A stretch of DNA of 64,000 nt from the IMG/VR virus record IMGVR_UViG_3300045988_014525. One strand, 5' to 3'. The position numbers were made by a program, and so were the translations under genes. Below, piece after piece: positions 1-10,282 of the stretch. Position 1 is the first letter of the stretch; every line of letters begins with the position of its first letter. The notes under the pieces are model-generated. The model did not search any database and was not told the DNA's origin. It worked only from the letters and a program-made list of their open reading frames with translations. Source of the stretch: a virus.

Positions 1-1280
1 TGTATCTCAGAGTTTTTAATAGATTCATCAGAAACATTTTTAATTGAATTAATTCGATTAGAAATATTAGAAAGAGTAATAGAATCTTCAGTTACTACAT
101 TAGGAGTATAAACAAATTTATCAAAACTATTAAGAACCTTATTAAGAAGGTTTAGTTTAGGAAACGTATTACGATTCTTAACATTAACAGTTATCTTACC
201 GTCACGTTCGCTCATTTCATTACGTTGCCAAATAGTTTGTTTAAGTTGAACAAATATCTTATTACGCATAGATTCATTAGATTCATCTTCAAGAAGTTTA
301 GCAGCATTCTCAAGATGAGATGCGTCTTTAAATCTAGCAGCAATTGTGTGCAGACTATTAACAAAAGATTCAACATTAGAGAAGTTAGCATAGTTATTAA
401 TAACTTTAAAACTCTTTGCAAAAGGAACTGATTCGGGAATACCAGAATAAGTATCAGTATCTACATCCGGTTTACCATTAATAAAGGAATTACTCTTAGT
501 TTTACTAAGTTTACCAAACCATTCTTTAACATCTTTGCTAACATTCTTATCAACATTCTTACGTTGATCAGATAGTTCGCTCCAATCAGCTTTAGTTAAT
601 TCAGGAGTTTCAATATCAGTTCTAGAATCTTGTTCAGTGTTCTCATTAGAATCAGCTTCAACATCAATATCTTCATTTTCATCAACACCAAATTGTTTAC
701 TAAGAGATATAACTTCGGGAGAATTAGTAACTAAATCAAATAAAATGTTATTATTGAAGTTACCACCATCATAAAGATTAACGATAATAGTATCAATGAA
801 AGATATTTGATCAGCAGTAAGATTAGCACCATTAGCTTTCTTATGTCTTTGCAGCTGACCAATAAGTAACTTCTTTACCCATTCAATGGTTCGTTCTTTC
901 TTTTCTTCATCTTTATTCTTTTTAGATTCTGCTACTTTTTTATTAATAGCTCCTTCTGCTTTAATAAGCATAGTACTAAGAATATTAATAGCATGATCTT
1001 CTTTAGCAACATCATCTCCGAATAGTCCAGTACGACTAGTACGAATTTTCTGAATGTAATCTTGAGTGTTAATGACATTTCTATTATTAAAAGCAATAAC
1101 TGCATTGACATTAGAAGTAGTCATTTCAGTAGCATCAAATTCTTTACCAGTAATATTCTTATACCACTTTGAAAACTCTGTATCTTCAATAGTAGCAAGA
1201 TATTCGGTAGCACGTCTTACATCATTATTAGTAAGAGGTAATATCTTACTTAATAATTCATTTTTAGGAACACAACTCAT
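1..1280 (-). CDS. N-terminal 426 codons of a large protein that runs off the left edge; function unknown
   Basis: ATG at 1280-1278 on the minus strand. I walked the frame codon by codon to position 3 and found no stop. It is missing from the ORF track because the window truncates it. A TATATTTG box lies about 38 nt upstream. Confidence 0.8.
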   Translation of the reverse strand, partial: MSCVPKNELLSKILPLTNNDVRRATEYLATIEDTEFSKWYKNITGKEFDATEMTTSNVNAVIAFNNRNVINTQDYIQKIRTSRTGLFGDDVAKEDHAINILSTMLIKAEGAINKKVAESKKNKDEEKKERTIEWVKKLLIGQLQRHKKANGANLTADQISFIDTIIVNLYDGGNFNNNILFDLVTNSPEVISLSKQFGVDENEDIDVEADSNENTEQDSRTDIETPELTKADWSELSDQRKNVDKNVSKDVKEWFGKLSKTKSNSFINGKPDVDTDTYSGIPESVPFAKSFKVINNYANFSNVESFVNSLHTIAARFKDASHLENAAKLLEDESNESMRNKIFVQLKQTIWQRNEMSERDGKITVNVKNRNTFPKLNLLNKVLNSFDKFVYTPNVVTEDSITLSNISNRINSIKNVSDESIKNSEI

Positions 1281-1318
1281 ATCAATTATATAATTAGTTA
1301 ATTAAATACCAATATCTT

Positions 1319-1326
1319 CAAATATA
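1319..1326 (-). promoter_or_regulatory. Bacteroidota-type -7 box TATATTTG
   Basis: The plus strand reads CAAATATA, about 38 nt upstream of the ATG at 1280. It is the first gene after a noncoding island. The octamer is short, so chance hits are possible. Confidence 0.45.
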
Positions 1327-1460
1327 ACACTAATAAGACTAATATCAAAGTCAGCACTAGGATATTTGAAAATAGGGTAAATCAAGTGCAGCGAAACGCC
1401 CGCTGTGCCGCTTTTTCTTGCCTCTGTGCGATTTATATACGCTTCCTTTACTTCTCATCA

Positions 1461-1530
1461 GTGCAAAATGAAAGTCCCGCAGAGAGGCTAGAAATGGCTC
1501 ATTCTAAGACTCTATACGGGACTTTTGCAC
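1461..1530. ncRNA. structured intergenic island A: 70-nt extended hairpin with a conserved GCT-triloop core
   Basis: The paired segments are 1461-1465/1526-1530, 1471-1479/1517-1525, 1483-1486/1510-1513 and 1489-1496/1500-1506. The core GAGGCTAGAAATGGCTCATTCTAAG matches island C on the opposite strand. G+C is much higher than the surroundings. Confidence 0.45.
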
Positions 1531-1545
1531 TTAATAGTACTAATA

Positions 1546-4500
1546 CTACTCACATACAAAACTAAGAGCACCTTCGTTAAACAATCGTGTTACAGTAGCC
1601 TTTTGTCGTTCGGTTAAACCTGCTATATACGTATCGAAGTTATCTACTTGTCCGTAGTTATCAATAACCGCACTATCTAGAAGATCAAGACCATCAAAGT
1701 CATCAAACTCTGGAATACCAGTAGTTATATCTTCGTCGTTAATACTAGTTATTTCAACTTGTGTTTCACCGTTTGTATCTTGACCTATTTGAGATAAACG
1801 ATTACGAATTTCTCCTAACATAGTATTATCAAGATTAGCATTAATCTTACCAATAATATTAGCAATTGCTTCAACTATCTTAGTAAAAAGATTGTCGCTT
1901 AATTGATCTCCTTTGCTATCATACTTAATAGTAGATAGAAGTCTAGCAAGTTCTCTACTAGTGAGAGCTTCAGTTACAAACTCTTCTATTTGAACTGCAC
2001 GAGGAGCGCCTTCTTTAAGATACTTACCATAAGTATTAGCAAGAGCTGAATCAGATTTAATAAACGAAGCAAATTTATCATATAAATCGCCAAATAATTG
2101 TTCTATATTAGCACGCTCATCGTTAAGTAAGAAATGAACTCCTTCATGAACTATCTTAAGAACTTTCTGAGTAGCATCTAATGTTTGCCATTGAGTAGTT
2201 AAGACTAATTCATTAGTACCAGCAGCTATACTAGCGAAACGTTTATCATTAGTTTCAACAGTAGGATTAACAGTAAGACCTGCTTGTTCTAAAGCAGATA
2301 CTACACCTAAAAGAGCTTCATTGTTAGTAAGACTAGTAGCTATTTCAGTAATAGTACCATTAATAGAAGTAGAAGGTACAACAGTTGGAGTAGGAACTTC
2401 AGCAGGAGAAGATCCCTTTACGGGGGTGGTCTTCGTGAGCTTCGCTGTCTTACTACGAACAGGAGCAACCAAAGTAATACGTTTGTTAAACCTGTCGTTA
2501 GTAAAATTAAAGTTACTAACAATGTTACCGTTATCATCTTTAATAGCTCCCAAATCAGCGACCACAACACCATCATTAGCAACAAACTCATTATAAGAAC
2601 TATAACCTGTATCAAACCAAACATCTCTATCTAGATTAGGAATGCGAGCTTCAAGTGTTCCATTCTCACCAATTCTAAACATGTCAGATTCATTAGTAAT
2701 AGCAGAATTAACTACATTACGAGTAATAGTAGAATAAACACCTTGCATAGCTTTCGCAAAGTTATTATTTGTATTAGTTGGTCTTGTTCTAGTATTAGGT
2801 AGATAAGCAGATAAGTTATAAGTAGAGCCATCGGGATATACGAACTTAACATTAGGATTATCTTGGTTAACATTAAACCAAATAGTAGGAGCTTGTCTTC
2901 CAAGATTAGGAATAAGAGCATTACCTTGAACACGATAACCAAACAAAGGTTTACCTGCACCAATATACTTATCTATTTCTTTAAGCAGAGCATCATGAAG
3001 ATGAACATTCTTATCATGAGTAGCTTTAAGAAGTTGAGTAAATAAAGAATCAAGACCTTCATTAAATGCTTTTGTATAAGCAGTTTCTTTAGTATGAGAA
3101 TTAGCCATAGTATTCTCTCTGGTAGCAGCAGTCATAAGTCTACCTTCTGAGTCTTTAACTACTACTCCGACAACACCACGTTTAACTCCACTAGCATCGA
3201 TTTTTTGACCAGTTTTGATATCAATAATACATTCATCTCCACCACGAACTAATTGAAAACCATTAGTCATATCAGCAGTAGTAACTTCTGCAATACTACT
3301 ATACTTAGGATTACCACGTCCATCTTTAGCATATATAAGACTACCGCTACTGGTACTTCCAATAGTTAATCGTTTACTCTTAGACTTATTCTTACTAATA
3401 GAAGAACGAAGATTATTAATATCAGAGTAAGACTTCTTAATCTTATTCATCCAATTGTTAAGAGAATCAGAAACTATCTTACCAAAGTAAGGACTAGCTA
3501 ATGAAACATTATAATCAAAGAATATAATATTATTAAGATGCTTAACTTTAGTAAGAAGATCAACATCGTTACCAAAACGAGTATTAAGTTCTTTCCATAG
3601 TTCGTTATCTTGAAGAGTATTAAGTAGATGACCGAAAGTACTTTCAATATCTGGATTGTTACGAACTTTAAATAGTCTACGAATATTACTAAGAGTAGCA
3701 AGGAATTCTTTAGCAGATTCATCATTACTATTAACAATATCTTTAAGTCTACTAATGAATGCTATGTCGTTATTACTAATAGTATATGTCCAACCTTGAT
3801 TAATAGCAACAGCATGACCATTTTCATACTTAACAAATGGAAGTTCACCAATAGTAAGACCTTTAGACTTAACGAACATATGTCCATTAGAATCTAATTC
3901 AACAGTAACAGTATTACCAGTTCTTAACTTACCAATTTGACTATATACTTTACTGTCTTCGAGATTAATAAGATCAAAGTAATAACTAGCACTATTATCT
4001 TCTTTCTTCTTTTCACTAATTGCTTTATCTAAAGTTTTCTTAGATTCAACAACAATCTCATTAGGAGCTTTATATTCAACATCAGTACTTATTATCTTAC
4101 CATCAGCAATAAGACTATTAGCAATAATCTTCATATCATTATAAAGATTAATAGCATTAGGATTCAAACGTTGGAGATAAACCATCATATCATTAATACT
4201 AGTGAAGTTCTTACCTTCAATAGCATTACCATTAATCTTATTATAAAGATCAATAATAAGTTTAATCTCTTCTATACGTTGACGCATAGGGTCTAAGTCT
4301 TGAACAGCAGATTCAAGAACTCCTTCTTCTCCTTCTGTTTTATGAGTTGCTTCTATTTCGTTATTAGCAAGAGCTATGTTAAGTTCTTCAATAGTAACGT
4401 CGGCTATTAACTTACCAGCTTTATCATAGCCATTAATACTAACATTACCAAAACGACTCTTTTCAACTAATATAGAATATACTTTAACTGGCTTACCTTT

Positions 4501-7500
4501 AATATAATCAACACTAGAGAAAGGAGTTGTAATCTTATAATTAAAAGTATCAATATTAGCTTCTGTTATAGCATTAGAAGTAGCAGCAGTAGAAACTACT
4601 TTATCAAGAGTAGCTTTAAGTTGTTTCTCTTCTTCTGTTTTAGGAGCAGGAGCAGGTTGAGCAACAGGAGGAGTATTAGGAGCTTCTGTTGGAGTACCTT
4701 GTTCCACCCCCGTAAGAGAAGGAGGTTGTGGTTTTGCTACTTGCTTAGCTTTATCAGCTTGTTCTTTAGCAAGACGAACTCGTTCATTATGAGCATTAGT
4801 CTTAGAAATATTACTTTGAATATCTTTAAGAAGTTTATCTTTATCTTTAGAACTCTTTATAATATCAGCAGCTTTACTAAGAGATACTATCTCTGGATTA
4901 TTAGCATCTTCTTCTGACATTTGATTATTAAGTACTCTATTAAGAGCAGCTAACTGTTCGTCAGTAGCATTTGCAATATATCCATTAATAGCATTCTTAG
5001 CTGTATCTAATTGAAGTTTAGCAGCACGTTCTTGATCGGCTTTAATCTCTTGAGCTTTACGTTGAACTTCTTCATTAGTAGTTGCAACTTTACTACGAAA
5101 GTTATCTCGATTAATTTCATGATAAAGTTGAAGCTCCATATTATCAACATATTCGCTGTTAATAGCACGAAGTTCTTTCATTACTTTAGTCATTGCAAAA
5201 TCCTGTACAGACTGACGATATAACTTCATGTTCTCTTCGGATTCAGTAAACTTATCAAGTTCTTGCATTACTAATTCATCTTTAGGTAAACCTAAGACTT
5301 CATCATAAGCATAACGAATATTGCGAGAATAAAGTTTATCAGAAGGTGTAAGTAAATTATTAGCATCATCTATTTTGTGTTCAATAGTATTTATTAAATC
5401 TTTATAGTTAGAAGCAGTAAGTTTATCAATAGGATTCTTACTATCTTTAACTTTGTTGTATAATTCATATGCTTCTTTACGATATTCTTCAAGACTAGCA
5501 ATAAGAATACGATTCTTAACCATAGGATCAACGTATTCTCCAAGTTGAGGAATAGATTGTTCTAATTCATTTTGAATAGATTGAATCTTTTGAATACGTT
5601 GATCTAATAAGTCTGCTTCATTAGAATTAAAGATATTCTCACTAATAGCAATATCAAGAAGAGCATCTTCGATATTAGCACTACGCATTGCAGTAGAATA
5701 AGTCTTGTACTTTTCAAGAGTCTTCTCCATTAACGCATTAAGTTCAGCAGTATCATCAGTAAAACTAGATTCTTCTGCTAAACCATTATCTATAAGTTTC
5801 TTTTTAAGACGAGGATCATTAATATAATCTTGAAGTAATTCGTAATTACCAGCACGAATAGCATTAAGGGTAAGACTAGAAACAAACCTAGTTTTAGCTT
5901 CATTAGCCATTGTCTCTTGTTCTTCTGGAGTTAACTTAGCATTACGAGGAGTACCAACACTAGCATCTTGACTAATAGTTCCATCATCTAGATAGTGAAT
6001 AATATTTCCATTAGCATCTCGTTCAAAATCATAAGGATTAAGACCTTGACTTATCTGAGACATAGTATTCTGATATTGATTAAATACTTGTTCACGACCA
6101 GTTATCTCAGCAATACGAATTTGTTCATCAGTAATTCCTCCTTTACGATTATTAATAGCTGACATAGTTCCACCAAATACAACTCCACCAATAACTCCCC
6201 AAAGAGCAGAGTTATATAATTGAGGATCTTGTAGATAATTACGTATTCTATCGATAGAAACAGCTCCTTTATAATCGTTAAGTTGCCCAAGAAGATAACG
6301 ACCATAAGCAGTTCCTTCTTCTTGACCTACATAGTTAATTGCTTCTTCAACACCTTCTGATAATTCAGATACAAGAAGATTCTCACTAGAGTTAATTAAA
6401 CGATTAAACTTACCTGCAATACCAGTAACAGTAGATTTAGCAGCTTGACCTAATGTTTGACTAGCTCCTTCAACACCAGTAGAAGCAAGTCTATCTAATG
6501 TCTGATTCTGAGCATAACGAAGTCTAGGAGTAATAGCACGATTGACTTGTCCTAACATCTTATTAACAGCACGAAGCTGCATATAATCAAATACTACATT
6601 GGCAGCATTATAAGAGAAGTTTCTCATAGATGCTTTATCAGCAATAGTTTTAGCGATCGCATCTTTATCATCAGTACCTGCTTCGTTAACAATGTCTTGA
6701 TTATCTTCTAACCATTTACGATATTCAACATCAGACATATTAACAAATAGATCAGTAGCTTCTTGATGAATCTGTTCTGCAACACCACGAGCTTCTTGAT
6801 AATTTTCACCAAGACGCATACCTATTGCAGTAATACCATCTTTAGCAAGAGCTTGAACTCTAGCCATATTATAAGCATTGTCTAGTTTAGTAATTGCACG
6901 AGCTTTATTCATAGCTCTTGCAACAGGACTACTAGTTTTAGCTAATGCTCCAATTCCTTTACCTATTGCACCAACACCTTTCTCAAAAGCCATACCGGGA
7001 ATCATAAGAGAAAGAGAACTAGCAATACTAGGAACTTGACTAAAGAACCAACCTGAGAAGTCATCAAAGTCAAATGCTTTATCGGGATTTTCACGATAGA
7101 TAGGAGCAAGCTCATCTCTAACATAATCAGAAATAGCATCTCCTGCACGAGTAATAGGATTACTAAAAGGTTTATCATCCCAAAGACCACCAGTAGCTAC
7201 ATCTACTAACATACCTATACCACCAACAGTATCTCCAAGAACTGTACCTATTGTTTGAACTAAAGTATTACCTGCTTGTTTCCATGCAGACTGATTCTTA
7301 GCTCTAAGTTTTTCAAGTTCTGATTGAGACTGATATTGATTAGGTTGAGCGCCATAACTAGCAAGACTATCATAATCCTCTGCTTTACCAGTAAATACAT
7401 TAGTTCCCATCATATTAGATAGAACATCTTTCTTCATTGATTCAGCATCAGGCTGATATAACTTGATAGGTTCATTAACAGAATTAGCCCCAACACTAAT

Positions 7501-7548
7501 TGGAGCTGTTTCTGTAACCTTAACTTTTTCAAATATATTATCGGGCAT
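1546..7548 (-). CDS. giant virion protein (2000 aa) with a C-terminal HExxH zincin-type metallopeptidase motif
   Basis: Uninterrupted 2000-aa ORF. KIVHEGVHFLLN is encoded at 2121-2156 (HEGVH at 2134-2148). The N-terminal third is Gly/Ala-rich. Its position after the tail genes matches the ejected giant proteins of crAss-like phages (positional inference). Confidence 0.7.
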   Translation of the reverse strand: MPDNIFEKVKVTETAPISVGANSVNEPIKLYQPDAESMKKDVLSNMMGTNVFTGKAEDYDSLASYGAQPNQYQSQSELEKLRAKNQSAWKQAGNTLVQTIGTVLGDTVGGIGMLVDVATGGLWDDKPFSNPITRAGDAISDYVRDELAPIYRENPDKAFDFDDFSGWFFSQVPSIASSLSLMIPGMAFEKGVGAIGKGIGALAKTSSPVARAMNKARAITKLDNAYNMARVQALAKDGITAIGMRLGENYQEARGVAEQIHQEATDLFVNMSDVEYRKWLEDNQDIVNEAGTDDKDAIAKTIADKASMRNFSYNAANVVFDYMQLRAVNKMLGQVNRAITPRLRYAQNQTLDRLASTGVEGASQTLGQAAKSTVTGIAGKFNRLINSSENLLVSELSEGVEEAINYVGQEEGTAYGRYLLGQLNDYKGAVSIDRIRNYLQDPQLYNSALWGVIGGVVFGGTMSAINNRKGGITDEQIRIAEITGREQVFNQYQNTMSQISQGLNPYDFERDANGNIIHYLDDGTISQDASVGTPRNAKLTPEEQETMANEAKTRFVSSLTLNAIRAGNYELLQDYINDPRLKKKLIDNGLAEESSFTDDTAELNALMEKTLEKYKTYSTAMRSANIEDALLDIAISENIFNSNEADLLDQRIQKIQSIQNELEQSIPQLGEYVDPMVKNRILIASLEEYRKEAYELYNKVKDSKNPIDKLTASNYKDLINTIEHKIDDANNLLTPSDKLYSRNIRYAYDEVLGLPKDELVMQELDKFTESEENMKLYRQSVQDFAMTKVMKELRAINSEYVDNMELQLYHEINRDNFRSKVATTNEEVQRKAQEIKADQERAAKLQLDTAKNAINGYIANATDEQLAALNRVLNNQMSEEDANNPEIVSLSKAADIIKSSKDKDKLLKDIQSNISKTNAHNERVRLAKEQADKAKQVAKPQPPSLTGVEQGTPTEAPNTPPVAQPAPAPKTEEEKQLKATLDKVVSTAATSNAITEANIDTFNYKITTPFSSVDYIKGKPVKVYSILVEKSRFGNVSINGYDKAGKLIADVTIEELNIALANNEIEATHKTEGEEGVLESAVQDLDPMRQRIEEIKLIIDLYNKINGNAIEGKNFTSINDMMVYLQRLNPNAINLYNDMKIIANSLIADGKIISTDVEYKAPNEIVVESKKTLDKAISEKKKEDNSASYYFDLINLEDSKVYSQIGKLRTGNTVTVELDSNGHMFVKSKGLTIGELPFVKYENGHAVAINQGWTYTISNNDIAFISRLKDIVNSNDESAKEFLATLSNIRRLFKVRNNPDIESTFGHLLNTLQDNELWKELNTRFGNDVDLLTKVKHLNNIIFFDYNVSLASPYFGKIVSDSLNNWMNKIKKSYSDINNLRSSISKNKSKSKRLTIGSTSSGSLIYAKDGRGNPKYSSIAEVTTADMTNGFQLVRGGDECIIDIKTGQKIDASGVKRGVVGVVVKDSEGRLMTAATRENTMANSHTKETAYTKAFNEGLDSLFTQLLKATHDKNVHLHDALLKEIDKYIGAGKPLFGYRVQGNALIPNLGRQAPTIWFNVNQDNPNVKFVYPDGSTYNLSAYLPNTRTRPTNTNNNFAKAMQGVYSTITRNVVNSAITNESDMFRIGENGTLEARIPNLDRDVWFDTGYSSYNEFVANDGVVVADLGAIKDDNGNIVSNFNFTNDRFNKRITLVAPVRSKTAKLTKTTPVKGSSPAEVPTPTVVPSTSINGTITEIATSLTNNEALLGVVSALEQAGLTVNPTVETNDKRFASIAAGTNELVLTTQWQTLDATQKVLKIVHEGVHFLLNDERANIEQLFGDLYDKFASFIKSDSALANTYGKYLKEGAPRAVQIEEFVTEALTSRELARLLSTIKYDSKGDQLSDNLFTKIVEAIANIIGKINANLDNTMLGEIRNRLSQIGQDTNGETQVEITSINDEDITTGIPEFDDFDGLDLLDSAVIDNYGQVDNFDTYIAGLTERQKATVTRLFNEGALSFVCE
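2413..2429 (-). repeat. GC-rich dispersed element copy (core CCCCCGTAA)
   Basis: The plus strand reads TCCCTTTACGGGGGTGG. It is sense in the 2000-aa ORF and is read as TTPVKGS. Confidence 0.9.
4704..4723 (+). repeat. GC-rich dispersed element copy
   Basis: CCACCCCCGTAAGAGAAGGA. It is antisense in the 2000-aa ORF and is read as SLTGVE. Confidence 0.9.
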
Positions 7549-7550
7549 AA

Positions 7551-10274
7551 TTACTTTAATAATTCAATCATTTGTTGTTGGAAATCAGTACTAACATTTT
7601 CACCTGTAAGATTACGATACATAGAATTAAATCGTTGGAACAATACAGGACGTTGTTCAACAGGAACTTCAGTAATAGAATTAACACCTGCATCTACCAT
7701 GACTTTATGGAATATTCCAGCAATCACATTATCTTGCTCCTTTACGGGGGAAGCAGCAATCGAGCCATTACGAGCTTGAAGTTTCTCAATCTCTGATTTA
7801 ACAGGAGCAAGAGTAGCTTTATTAGCATAATTATTAGTAAGCAGATCAGTCATATCTTGAAGATTACCAGTAATTTGACCACTACTAGTTTCTACCGTAA
7901 TTCTAGGATTACCATTTTCATCAGTACTATAAAATGCTTCATAACTTCCATCTCCTAATTCAGAATCAGATAATTTATAACCACGTTGTAAAGCAGAATT
8001 ATATTTAATTCCGTAAACAGTGCGAGCTGCTTTAACGGCAGGTATTTCTGAGAATTGTTTAATAGCATTATTAAGTGGAGCACCTACTATAAAATAACTA
8101 CCTGCATCAAGATAATTAGGTTCTTTACCATCTGCTCTTCTAGGACTATTCTTAGTAGTCTTTGGAATATATGGAAGAGTAACTGTCATACCATATTCGC
8201 CAGTAGCACTATCAACAGCCCATCCGGGAATTACTCGATTTTTATCTTGAGTATAACTAGCAGCAATATTTTCAACAATATTTCTACGCATTTCGCTATC
8301 TTCTACTTGAACTAATTTACCACTCTTATCTCGCATAAGAATCTTTAATGCTCCACCATCGGCAGTAGAAAGATTCTTAATAGCAGCTTCTGAATAATCA
8401 TCGAGAAGATTCTTAGTCATTGTTTGACCATCAACAGTAACAGTTTGAGGAATATAGAAATTTTGTATTTGAACAAAATTACTAGGAAAACTACTATCTA
8501 ATCTTTCAGTAGATTGTTTAGACAGATTAGATACTTCCCTATAAATACTAGCAATAGAATTCTTTCTATCTTTTCCTTCCCAACCGTTATATATCTTAGC
8601 GTGAGATTCAAACTTAGTAGGAAGTTCTTGAGAAGAACTAGAAAATCCTACTTGGCTATTACCAATAATATCAGCTATTTCTGGAGCAGCTTTAGTATAA
8701 GCATCTTTAGATATATAAACATACTCATCGCCATTTACTTTTTGATAACGAATGTCTTTAGATGTAAAACCTAAATTAGCAAGTTTTGTACGAATAGTAG
8801 ATAGATTATCCGGAGTATTACGAACCAATACTCTATCATTAACTTTACCATTAGATTCTACAAATAATTTATTAATAGCTTTAGCGTACTTTTGCTGATA
8901 TGGATTATCACTACTAGCCATATTACCATTACTAAATCTTTTACCTAAGAAATCAACGGCTTGAACTTCTTGTTCAGTAAGATGAGATTTCATAGCTTCG
9001 AGACGATTAGTATTGGTTTGAATAGTATTGCGAAGATTCTCAGCTTGAGTTAATAATTCATTACGAGCATTATCAGTAATACTAACGTTCTGATTAATAC
9101 GAGCACGAAGTTCAGCATATGCTTGATCATCAGTAAGATTTTTATCTATATTATACTGAGCATACATATTTCCTAGACTAGTTTGAGCATCATTAAGAGC
9201 AGACGTTAACTTACTAGGAGTATCTGGCTGAACTTCACGAGCACCAAAAGGAGAATAGAAATCTGTAATAACTCTAAGTTCTTTAGGATTAGCTGATGCA
9301 GTTTTAGCAGCTTTAGCAGATGCGGCAGCTGCTTCTTTACGACGAGATTCCATTATAGAGAAACCAATACTAGTATCAATACTAGAACTAACATGTTTGT
9401 AAGCAGAAGCAGCATATCTAGGAGCAAGTAGATTTTCTTCGAATTCTTCTTGACTCATAATAGTACCGTCTTTCTTAGTAACAAGATTATTCTTATCACC
9501 ACGACTAGCTTTCCAAGCATTAACAATGTAATCTTGTTTAAGAGAAGCACGAGCACCGGGAGTTTGATTAATAGCAGCCTCAACTGCTTGACGAATTTTA
9601 GTAGCATCTAATTTCTTAATACCGCTAGCAGTTTTAAGATAAGGTAAATCTCCTTCTGCAATACTAGCACCACTTTGTTTAATATTACCTTTATCATCTC
9701 CCCATACTAATTGTTCTCCTTGTGAAGCATCTACACCAACAGTAGATAATGCTTTACGATATATCTCATCAATATCTACTTGAGTAACAGGACGATAATT
9801 AGGAGTAAAAGTAGTACCGCCAGTAATTCTACCGTTTTCATCAGTAGTATCTTGATAGTTATATTTATTTTGAGCTAAAGCATATGCTTTAATATCACCA
9901 TCGTATTCTTTACTAGAATTAATCTCATCTTGAAACTTCTTGTATTGTTGCTGATATCTTTCACGACCAATCAAAGCAGGATTACTAGCGACTTCTCCTG
10001 CTAACTTAGTAGCAGTAGTTAAAGCAGTAGCATAACTTCCTTCTTGTGCAGCAGCTTCAATTTGATTATTAATTTGTTGACTATAATCCGTAAGCCATTT
10101 GTTTTCTGCTTCATTAAGTTCCTTATTAGCAAGAAAGGTTTTAATCTTATTAGCAGTATCAATAGCAGTTTCATGTTTCTGCTGTAACGTGTTAAGCGTA
10201 GCAGAATAAGCATCTAAGGGAGCGGCAACCCGTTCCCTTTTCTGATAACCTGATGTTTTAATATCTATTGGCAT
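7551..10274 (-). CDS. large virion protein (907 aa), function unknown
   Basis: Uninterrupted ORF with a 2-nt gap to the next gene in the same block. I recognise no catalytic motif. Confidence 0.8.
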   Translation of the reverse strand: MPIDIKTSGYQKRERVAAPLDAYSATLNTLQQKHETAIDTANKIKTFLANKELNEAENKWLTDYSQQINNQIEAAAQEGSYATALTTATKLAGEVASNPALIGRERYQQQYKKFQDEINSSKEYDGDIKAYALAQNKYNYQDTTDENGRITGGTTFTPNYRPVTQVDIDEIYRKALSTVGVDASQGEQLVWGDDKGNIKQSGASIAEGDLPYLKTASGIKKLDATKIRQAVEAAINQTPGARASLKQDYIVNAWKASRGDKNNLVTKKDGTIMSQEEFEENLLAPRYAASAYKHVSSSIDTSIGFSIMESRRKEAAAASAKAAKTASANPKELRVITDFYSPFGAREVQPDTPSKLTSALNDAQTSLGNMYAQYNIDKNLTDDQAYAELRARINQNVSITDNARNELLTQAENLRNTIQTNTNRLEAMKSHLTEQEVQAVDFLGKRFSNGNMASSDNPYQQKYAKAINKLFVESNGKVNDRVLVRNTPDNLSTIRTKLANLGFTSKDIRYQKVNGDEYVYISKDAYTKAAPEIADIIGNSQVGFSSSSQELPTKFESHAKIYNGWEGKDRKNSIASIYREVSNLSKQSTERLDSSFPSNFVQIQNFYIPQTVTVDGQTMTKNLLDDYSEAAIKNLSTADGGALKILMRDKSGKLVQVEDSEMRRNIVENIAASYTQDKNRVIPGWAVDSATGEYGMTVTLPYIPKTTKNSPRRADGKEPNYLDAGSYFIVGAPLNNAIKQFSEIPAVKAARTVYGIKYNSALQRGYKLSDSELGDGSYEAFYSTDENGNPRITVETSSGQITGNLQDMTDLLTNNYANKATLAPVKSEIEKLQARNGSIAASPVKEQDNVIAGIFHKVMVDAGVNSITEVPVEQRPVLFQRFNSMYRNLTGENVSTDFQQQMIELLK
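7738..7753 (-). repeat. GC-rich dispersed element copy
   Basis: The plus strand reads TCCTTTACGGGGGAAG. It is sense in the 907-aa ORF and is read as ASPVKE. Confidence 0.9.
10216..10239. other. GC-rich 10-bp hairpin inside the 5-prime end of the 907-aa gene
   Basis: AAGGGAGCGG-CAAC-CCGTTCCCTT (one G-T pair), 35-58 nt downstream of the start codon. Confidence 0.5.
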
Positions 10275-10282
10275 AACTTCAA

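Noticed and set aside
6195-6206. Additional degenerate copies of the dispersed element: CTCCCCAAAGAG here, ATCTCCCCATAC at 9696-9707, and ATCTCCCCAAATAGGA at 52735-52750.
   Set aside because: On the coding strand these are simply TGG-GGA-GAT/GTT (Trp-Gly-Asp/Val) codons. They lack the CGTAA part, so the resemblance is probably coincidental.
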